Positions 37,188 to 43,526 of a stretch of 64,000 bases of DNA are shown here, piece after piece. Under the pieces are notes generated by a model. It saw only the letters and a list, made by a program, of their open reading frames with translations, made no database searches and was not told the origin of the DNA. Position 1 is the stretch's first letter, and each line of letters starts with the position of its first letter. A program made the position numbers and the translations under genes. This DNA is from a virus, in IMG/VR virus record IMGVR_UViG_3300045988_107814, positions 96,001-160,000 of that record. The stretch is one strand, 5' to 3'.

Positions 37188-38348
37188 TTAAAAAGTTAAT
37201 AACTTATCAAATTTTTCTTTAATAGTTTGTGCATATTGTCTAATTTCATATTGTGCATGAGGATCAGTTCTAAGTTCAAGGAATTTTAATAATGAAAATA
37301 CTGTGAATGTCATATATAATTTTCCACAGTTTACATTAGAAGGTAAGAATGCTCTTGCTTCTTCTTTTTTGAGTCCAGCCTGCATTAGTTGAGGATATAC
37401 AGACATTAGATCATCTGCGATAGTATCAAGTGATCCATTATTAATAATATCCCCAATTTTTACTGAATATTGCTTATTTTTATCATAATCCTTAAGAGGA
37501 ATAGTAAATGATGCATCAGAGTAATTTACATATCTTTGGGATTCTTGTGTAATTGCATTTCTATGTCTTACTAACTGATGAGTGGCAGTTCTAGAAATAT
37601 TTTTGAATACTACTGTAACTGGCATCATTAAATTAGCTTCTTGCTCAAAATCTACATTATTAAGAAGTTTACGATACATTTCACGATCAAATCCAATATC
37701 AACACTTTTAATTGCTTTATCACCAGCAACTGGAACATTATTTACTTTTGCATTTTTGATAACGATGCCATAATGTAAGCCTTCATATGGATTTGTTACA
37801 TATCTATTAAAGTCATTTTCATTATTATCATTAAAGATTTCAATATCATTAAATTTAAAAGTGAAATCAGGATCTTCTTCATTAATCTTAAATGTTTTAC
37901 CAAATAAACATTTAGGAAGATTAGTTTGTAATGTATTACATAAATTTAGAATGATGTTACTGCATAGATCATGTGATCCAATATTTGTAATGAATTCTTT
38001 GTATGCTCTTACATCACCGTTAATAATAAGATTATATGTTTTCTTCGTTTTTCTAAGTTTCTTAAACGGATTTCTATTTTCAGTATAATTACAAGTAGAA
38101 TAGAACTGTAAAAATCTTGCATGTGGATTTGTAATTAAACTAATGATATCGAATTCATTTTCAATACCAGTAATTTCAATAACTACTCTCCCATGCTCAA
38201 GAATAGAATCATGACCAGCATTTATTCTCTTTTCAATATACTTTGTCTTTTCTAAGTAATCAATAGCCTTATTGTTATTATAACAACAAGAACAAGCTGC
38301 ATAAATATTGGTTACAAGATCATTCTTATAAATAATTTTAGATTCCAT
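37188..38348 (-). CDS. thyX: FAD-dependent thymidylate synthase ThyX with a large internal insertion, 386 aa
   Basis: GHDSILEH (aa 45-52), the ThyX signature HQLVRHRNAITQESQRY (aa 257-273), and the C-terminal LELRTDPHAQYEIRQYA. GAGGAGG RBS. Confidence 0.85.
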   Translation of the reverse strand: MESKIIYKNDLVTNIYAACSCCYNNNKAIDYLEKTKYIEKRINAGHDSILEHGRVVIEITGIENEFDIISLITNPHARFLQFYSTCNYTENRNPFKKLRKTKKTYNLIINGDVRAYKEFITNIGSHDLCSNIILNLCNTLQTNLPKCLFGKTFKINEEDPDFTFKFNDIEIFNDNNENDFNRYVTNPYEGLHYGIVIKNAKVNNVPVAGDKAIKSVDIGFDREMYRKLLNNVDFEQEANLMMPVTVVFKNISRTATHQLVRHRNAITQESQRYVNYSDASFTIPLKDYDKNKQYSVKIGDIINNGSLDTIADDLMSVYPQLMQAGLKKEEARAFLPSNVNCGKLYMTFTVFSLLKFLELRTDPHAQYEIRQYAQTIKEKFDKLLTF

Positions 38349-39130
38349 TACTTATCCTCCTCATTCATCTTTGAATTATCGTAGTTAGATGTGATTATAT
38401 TCTCAATTTCATCACAAATATCTTCTGTTGATTTTCTTTCTTTGTTAAGATTAGAATTGTTAGATGGTCCAATATCAATTGTATAAAAATTAAAATTACC
38501 GATAGAGTATTGATCTTTGTCAGATTTTATAAGATCCTTGATGGTATTAATATCAGTTTTAATTCTATCTTGTAATTTTTGGTTATTGTCATATTCAGTT
38601 TTATATTTAATAGTTTCTGTATTATCTTTTGGTAGTTCTATATTATGCTCATTAGTTATAATGATAATGTTTCTATTGATAACCAATGGAATTTTACTAT
38701 TATCATCAGATAATACTACATTATAGAAGAAATTGTGTAAGTTAACTTCTTCTGGTAAATCAATTCCCATAACTTCACAATAATGTTTATATTGATATAG
38801 ATACGTAGATAATGGTCCTCTGTCACAGATACTAATTTCAGCTCGATCTAAAATACTGTGATTACTAAATGTATATTTCATATCATTGATTAATACATCC
38901 ATTGTCACTTCAATAAGTTTTCCAATATCTGTTTTTGAAACTCTGTTATTAAATTTCATATCATTGATTAGATTATTAAAGAGTGTCATATAGTTTGTCA
39001 TTTTATGAGTTGGGAATCTATGATAGTCTACAGTTGTTTTAGGACTTATTAATTCTCTTTTCTTTAGTTCTTTAATAACAGTACTTTTACCAATGTTATC
39101 TTGACCTTCAATATAATAGACATATTTCAT
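38348..39130 (-). CDS. P-loop dNMP/thymidylate-kinase-like protein, 260 aa
   Basis: N-terminal YYIEGQDNIGKSTVIKEL resembles the Tmk P-loop (EG-x-DG-x-GKST). It is upstream of and overlaps thyX by 1 nt. Confidence 0.5.
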   Translation of the reverse strand: MKYVYYIEGQDNIGKSTVIKELKKRELISPKTTVDYHRFPTHKMTNYMTLFNNLINDMKFNNRVSKTDIGKLIEVTMDVLINDMKYTFSNHSILDRAEISICDRGPLSTYLYQYKHYCEVMGIDLPEEVNLHNFFYNVVLSDDNSKIPLVINRNIIIITNEHNIELPKDNTETIKYKTEYDNNQKLQDRIKTDINTIKDLIKSDKDQYSIGNFNFYTIDIGPSNNSNLNKERKSTEDICDEIENIITSNYDNSKMNEEDK

Positions 39131-39286
39131 TATATTGTACCTCCTTTAAAATATTATTAGTAAGTTTTTGAATATGTATTCTTTGACATTGAAATGTCTT
39201 GTAATTTTTTACAAACGAATTAACGTTATTAATAAAAACATCCTCGCCAAAACAAAGACTGAAAGACCTTATCCAAATACTAGAAG

Positions 39287-39307
39287 GACCAACCTTTCAG
39301 GTTGGTC
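39287..39307 (+). terminator. Terminator-like hairpin inside the divergent intergenic region
   Basis: GACCAACC-tttca-GGTTGGTC followed by atctttattattattttt. It lies 65 nt upstream of the ATG at 39372. Confidence 0.4.
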
Positions 39308-39371
39308 ATCTTTATTATTATTTTTATTATTCTTAAGGATTATATTATTATTAATTAAAGGAGTTATTAGT

Positions 39372-39767
39372 ATGAATACGAGTAAATATGATCATAAAGG
39401 GAATGTAATATATTCAGAATCTTTAGATCTTGAAGGAATGATAGTGCGTCATTTTTATAAATATGATCAAAATAATAAAAGAATATACTATAAAGCACAA
39501 ACAGATACAAGTATATTTGAAGAATATACTACATATAATAATCATGGTACAAAGGTTTCTGTTACTACATATAAATATCCAGAATACCTATATTGTAAAC
39601 GAATCTTTAATTCTATGGGAAGAGTTATAAATGAAACTATTATAGATAGTCTTACTGGACAAATATCTTATAAGAAATATGATGCTTTTAGAGACAAGTA
39701 TATTATAACAAAGACAATTTCACCTTTTGTTATATATAATAATAGTGATAGACAAGATCTATCATAA
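39372..39767 (+). CDS. Small YD-repeat-like protein, 131 aa
   Basis: AAAGGAG precedes the ATG at 39372, and the track start at 39168 runs through the hairpin and T-tract. Repeated YDxxGxxIY-like units: YDHKGNVIY, YKYDQNNKRIYY, YNNHGTKV, NSMGRVINE. Confidence 0.7.
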   Translation: MNTSKYDHKGNVIYSESLDLEGMIVRHFYKYDQNNKRIYYKAQTDTSIFEEYTTYNNHGTKVSVTTYKYPEYLYCKRIFNSMGRVINETIIDSLTGQISYKKYDAFRDKYIITKTISPFVIYNNSDRQDLS

Positions 39768-39792
39768 ACTTATTTTATTGGAGGAATTTATA

Positions 39793-40533
39793 ATGAACAA
39801 GAAATTCGAAAAGATGGTTAGTAAAGAAGAGTTATCAGCATCACAAGGTTATTATACACGATTCTGTGATGCAGCATTCTCTAAATTTGTATCTAGTAGA
39901 GGAGAAGTCTATATAACTAACGAAGATTTATATGTCATTAATCCTGGAAGACAAACCAAGGACATTTCAAAATTGAAAGTTCTCTATTGCATTAATAATG
40001 AGATAGTAAAAATAGACCTTCTTATCTATGATCTGGTTAAAGTATTAAATGAACAAGGTATTACTACATTATACTCTTGCTCTGGACATGAAGATGATGC
40101 GTTCGAAGGATTTTATATTCGTTTTGACAAATTATCTATGACTCAGTCAAATATGTACCTTATTAAAAAGGTATGTGATGAATTGGGACTGGTATTCGAG
40201 CATGTGCTCGTTATTAATACAAATGAAAACGATGTATATAAAGAATCAACAATAAGTATCCTCAATCCAACAGATAAAGATATTAAACAAGCAAAAAGTC
40301 TAGTTTTAAAAGATCCTATTAATTCATCATTTAATCCAGATTATTATGATGTAGATTATAATGAATTTATTGATGTAAGATTATATGGAAATAATGAAAG
40401 AACAACAGAGCAAATAGATCATGATTATATTATTAACAACAGATCTATTGCAATTACTATGATCAGTAAGTTTACAAGAATGCTGGAATCTGAATTTAAT
40501 AAAATTAAAATGCCGAACAAAATCGAATTCTAA
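39793..40533 (+). CDS. Hypothetical protein, 246 aa
   Basis: TGGAGG precedes the ATG at 39793; the track start at 39727 lacks an RBS. Confidence 0.8.
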   Translation: MNKKFEKMVSKEELSASQGYYTRFCDAAFSKFVSSRGEVYITNEDLYVINPGRQTKDISKLKVLYCINNEIVKIDLLIYDLVKVLNEQGITTLYSCSGHEDDAFEGFYIRFDKLSMTQSNMYLIKKVCDELGLVFEHVLVINTNENDVYKESTISILNPTDKDIKQAKSLVLKDPINSSFNPDYYDVDYNEFIDVRLYGNNERTTEQIDHDYIINNRSIAITMISKFTRMLESEFNKIKMPNKIEF

Positions 40534-40559
40534 GTTTATAACCTTAATCTAGAAAAAAT

Positions 40560-40583
40560 AACCAGGGATTTTGGTCCCTGGTT
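40560..40583. terminator. Bidirectional terminator between convergent genes
   Basis: AACCAGGGA-ttttgg-TCCCTGGTT, flanked by aaaaaat on the left and ttattttttg on the right. Confidence 0.75.
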
Positions 40584-40611
40584 TTATTTTTTGTCCAGTT
40601 AGTTTTCTATG

Positions 40612-42180
40612 TTACTGATGATGACTATAGGTTACTGTATTGCCATTTCTTATAACGTAAATATTATCTGTGATAAGATCAGAATTTTTATAATCTGACT
40701 TATTACTTACATACAAAAGTGTATTTCCAAGTCTCTTAAACTCGGATGCAAGATAATTTATACAGTTAATACTAGTTATTTCATCGAGTGCAGATGTTAC
40801 CTCATCCAATGCAATTAAAGCATCAGGATGTCTTCTTGCATACACAATAACTCTAGCAAGATTGATTCTTTGAATCTGACCTGTAGAAAGTTTATCACCT
40901 TTTTCTCCAACAGAATCATTTTCAATATCAAGATCTACATCGACTTCTAAATGTTCAAGAATATCTTTTACTTCAGAAACAGATATAGAATCATCTCCCA
41001 AAGCTATATTATCATAGATTGACATGTTGAACATTTCACTTTCGGCAAACATATAGATGCAATCGATGTTATCTATATGATTTGACGCTGCACAAGGTTC
41101 GATTGTATTTGTGATTAACTTAATAAAAGTAGACTTTCCAAATCCACTTTTACCAGTAATACAATAACGTTTACCCTTTTCGATCTTAATATCATCAATT
41201 CTAAAGGTTACATCTGACTCTGGATAATTATAGAAAACACCATTGATATTTAAACCAGAAGATTCCAATGTTATCTTCTTTAATCTATCAGGTTCAAGTT
41301 CTCCAATTAACTTAAGACTAGCTTTCTTATCACTATACAATTCAAATATACCAGAAATTGTACCAGCAATATTCTCAATGATATAATCAGACATCAGCAA
41401 GAATAATACTGTTCCTTTATCATCCCAGCATAGATATGAGTTAATTATAGCACTAGCCCATCCAAGAATAACAAATACATTACAAAATATTTGCTTTCTA
41501 AAATTGATTCTATCGATGAATAATTTCTTTTGGCCATTGCTCTGCCTATCTATACTCCAAGATTCTTTCTGGAAATATTTGACTGTCTTACTATTATGAA
41601 TACAGTCGACTGTAACGCTAGAAATTGTTGCTACAGCTTTTGCCGCTAGTTTGTTTGTCTTCATATTTACTACTACTCCGACATTGAGAATAATAAATAC
41701 TAAGATAATAGATACGTTTACTATAACTGGCAATATACCAGCAGTTTTATATTCTTTATGACAAACCATTGCAAAAGGTACAATATATGGCAATAATTGT
41801 ACTACATACATAATAATCTGCTTATTGCACTGAACAATGTTATTGATTGTGCTATTAATACCGCCTGTACCCATACTAGTTATACTACTAATTTTAGAAT
41901 AAGTTAATTTCCTGATCCATTTCATATAATTAGTATCTATAATTTTGATATTGGTTATCTTATTAATTACAGAAGTCATAGCCCTAATCAATGTCCAAAT
42001 TAGAACAAGCATAATAAGTGTCTTAGCAAATTCTTCTCTGTATTTATAGTCTCCTACATTACTATAGAGAAGATTGATGTTAGACATGACTGTACCAAGC
42101 CAATAGTTAGCAATTGCCATAGCGATAATAAATACTGGTGTTGGCATAATCCAAAGAAATTGTTTTAATTTTTCTTTCAT
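40612..42180 (-). CDS. ABC transporter, fused permease-ATPase half-transporter (exporter type), 522 aa
   Basis: Multiple N-terminal hydrophobic helices; Walker A GKSGFGKST; signature LSTGQIQRINLARV; Walker B LIALDEVTSALD. AAGGAGG precedes the ATG at 42180; the track start is a GTG at 42204. Confidence 0.8.
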   Translation of the reverse strand: MKEKLKQFLWIMPTPVFIIAMAIANYWLGTVMSNINLLYSNVGDYKYREEFAKTLIMLVLIWTLIRAMTSVINKITNIKIIDTNYMKWIRKLTYSKISSITSMGTGGINSTINNIVQCNKQIIMYVVQLLPYIVPFAMVCHKEYKTAGILPVIVNVSIILVFIILNVGVVVNMKTNKLAAKAVATISSVTVDCIHNSKTVKYFQKESWSIDRQSNGQKKLFIDRINFRKQIFCNVFVILGWASAIINSYLCWDDKGTVLFLLMSDYIIENIAGTISGIFELYSDKKASLKLIGELEPDRLKKITLESSGLNINGVFYNYPESDVTFRIDDIKIEKGKRYCITGKSGFGKSTFIKLITNTIEPCAASNHIDNIDCIYMFAESEMFNMSIYDNIALGDDSISVSEVKDILEHLEVDVDLDIENDSVGEKGDKLSTGQIQRINLARVIVYARRHPDALIALDEVTSALDEITSINCINYLASEFKRLGNTLLYVSNKSDYKNSDLITDNIYVIRNGNTVTYSHHQ

Positions 42181-42248
42181 ATGTGTTACCTCCTTAATAT
42201 ACACATCTTAATCACTGGACACTATAATAATATGTAATAAAATTAATT

Positions 42249-42277
42249 TTTACACTTCTCTAACATATAAGTAATTA
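42249..42277 (+). promoter_or_regulatory. Sigma-70-like promoter candidate for the tRNA cluster
   Basis: TTTACA (42249-42254), a 17-nt spacer, then TAATTA (42272-42277), about 10 nt before the first tRNA. Confidence 0.35.
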
Positions 42278-42286
42278 AATATATTT

Positions 42287-42369
42287 GCGGATGTGGTGAA
42301 ATAGGCAGACACGATAGTCTTAGGAACTATTGCTTTAGCGTGCAGGTTCGATCCCTGTCATCCGCACCA
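42287..42369 (+). tRNA. trnL-UAG: tRNA-Leu (anticodon UAG), type II, CCA encoded
   Basis: Acceptor GCGGATG/CATCCGC, anticodon stem ATAGT/ACTAT, loop CTTAGGA, long variable arm, T-arm GCAGG-TTCGATC-CCTGT, and 3' ACCA. Confidence 0.9.
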
Positions 42370-42377
42370 TTATTTAT

Positions 42378-42754
42378 GCTGCTGTGGTGAAATAGGCAGA
42401 CACGAGGGACTTTAACGAAAATTCTATAAGAAAATATTTTTATTTTCAAAGTCTAATGAAGAGAGTTTGGGTATATCATTAGAACCATTTTATATGGTAG
42501 ACAAGAGCAGCTTGGGAGGGATCCCTTGGCTGAATGTGGACTAAACGGTGAAACCTAACCCAATGGTAATACCGTGCCAAATAACAAGTAATTGTTATGT
42601 GCGTAGAGAATATACATCCACCATCTAGAACAGATGAAGATTGATTCCAGACTATCAAACTACAATTTAATTAAATTGTAGGTAGTGAAAACTATAGTAG
42701 TACGAAAATCCCTTTCTTAATTGAGTGCGGGTTCAAGTCCCGCCAGCAGCACCA
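42378..42754 (+). tRNA. trnL-UAA: tRNA-Leu (anticodon UAA) interrupted by a group I intron
   Basis: 5' exon is 42378-42412 and 3' exon is 42705-42754. Joined, they give acceptor GCTGCTG/CAGCAGC, a D-arm identical to the neighbouring tRNA-Leu, anticodon stem AGGGA/TCCCT, loop CUUAAAA, T-arm GCGGG-TTCAAGT-CCCGC and 3' ACCA. Confidence 0.85.
42413..42704 (+). ncRNA. Group I intron (292 nt, no ORF) between U34 and A35 of tRNA-Leu(UAA)
   Basis: The 5' exon ends in U and the intron ends in G (42704). AAAGTC (42448-42453) pairs with exon GACTT plus the first intron T (P1). ATTTT (42442-42446) pairs with the 3' exon AAAAT (P10). P2 hairpin is 42454-42459/42476-42481. Core-like strings are GAAACCTAA (42550-42558), GATGAAG (42633-42639) and CAGACTATC (42648-42656). 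P9-like hairpin is 42660-42668/42673-42681. Confidence 0.75.
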
Positions 42755-42760
42755 TTTTTA

Positions 42761-42837
42761 GGGCCGTTGGCTTAATTGGTTAAAGCTACCGGCTCATAAC
42801 CGGTTGATTACAGGTTCGAGTCCTGTACGGCCCACCA
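42761..42837 (+). tRNA. trnM: tRNA-Met (anticodon CAU; elongator-type, or Ile2 if lysidine-modified)
   Basis: Acceptor GGGCCGT/ACGGCCC, anticodon arm ACCGG-CTCATAA-CCGGT, T-arm ACAGG-TTCGAGT-CCTGT, ACCA. It lacks the initiator hallmarks (G1-C72 is paired and there is no GGG/CCC in the anticodon stem). Confidence 0.9.
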
Positions 42838-42881
42838 CCATTATGTGTCTCCAAAATATAATACTTTTATTCTCTATCTTG

Positions 42882-42905
42882 CTCTACAGGTTAATTCCTG
42901 TAGAG
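42882..42905 (+). terminator. Rho-independent terminator after the tRNA cluster
   Basis: CTCTACAGG-ttaatt-CCTGTAGAG followed by tctctcttttg. Confidence 0.7.
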
Positions 42906-42935
42906 TCTCTCTTTTGTAAAACTTCTTATTTTCGC

Positions 42936-43091
42936 ATATATATAATTATAGTGAATAAGAGATAATATTATACATATTAATCTCTTATATCAAAAACATG
43001 GAGGTCTGCATATTACTCCATACGTCACAAGGCAGACATTCATAAGTGTCAAAAGCTTATGATCCTAGACGTTAAAAGGGAAAGGAACATT
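42936..43091 (+). promoter_or_regulatory. Promoter-like box, 5' hairpin and conserved pseudoknot leader, copy A
   Basis: ATATATATAATTATAGTGAATA; hairpin 42957-42963/42980-42986; TATATCAA. Helix S1 is ATGGAG 42998-43003 / CTCCAT 43016-43021. Helix S2 is GTCTGC 43004-43009 / GCAGAC 43032-43037. Hairpin ATAAG-9 nt-CTTAT is at 43042-43060, followed by GATCCTAGACGTTAAAAGGGAAAGG and the ATG. Confidence 0.6.
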
Positions 43092-43463
43092 ATGAATATA
43101 ACTACAATGATTAACGCAAACTCCGTTGCTGAAATTGCTGAGTCCATTATTATGAATGCAATCATCGCTGCTGAAAAATTTAATGATGAAAGGCAGAATG
43201 CATTCATGAGACAGAGGATCACATTTGAGTGCAGCTCCAAGCTCAATCTGTTCTTTTCAATTGAGTTTTTGAAATCTATTAAGAATGGAGATGAATTGAG
43301 CTGTCATGCATTGGCATCTAGATTCGAAGAAGAATGCAATGATATCGATATTGCATGCGAAATGTATTATGATCAGATTAAAAGCAGTCTGACACTTATG
43401 AATGCATTGATAAACTATGCGAATGCATTGGATAAACTTAAGAAATTTTATCTCTGCGACTAA
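43092..43463 (+). CDS. Hypothetical small helical protein, 123 aa (cassette A)
   Basis: GGGAAAGG RBS before the ATG at 43092; the track start at 43059 lies inside the conserved leader. C/G-ending codon bias. Opposite orientation to the flanking genes. Confidence 0.75.
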   Translation: MNITTMINANSVAEIAESIIMNAIIAAEKFNDERQNAFMRQRITFECSSKLNLFFSIEFLKSIKNGDELSCHALASRFEEECNDIDIACEMYYDQIKSSLTLMNALINYANALDKLKKFYLCD

Positions 43464-43492
43464 TTCTACGATGTTACCAAACGGCAAAAATA

Positions 43493-43520
43493 ATAAACTG
43501 GGCTTGGCAACCCAGTTTAT
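43493..43520. terminator. Bidirectional terminator
   Basis: ATAAACTGGG-cttggcaa-CCCAGTTTAT with aaaaa on the left and tttttt on the right, between the stop at 43463 (+) and the stop at 43527 (-). Confidence 0.75.
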
Positions 43521-43526
43521 TTTTTA

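Noticed and set aside
37620-38162. An intein in ThyX.
   Set aside because: The insert has no Cys/Ser/Thr at its N-terminal junction, no His-Asn followed by Cys/Ser/Thr at its C-terminal junction, and no recognisable Hint or homing-endonuclease blocks.
42410-42416. Reading the split tRNA as an ochre suppressor (loop CUUUAAA, anticodon UUA) by placing the 5' splice site one to three nucleotides later.
   Set aside because: The intron would then have to end in A instead of the universal terminal G, or the loop would be 8 nt. TAA is the stop codon of almost every gene here, so a UAA suppressor would be highly deleterious. The U34/A35 splice position matches the known tRNA-Leu(UAA) intron site.
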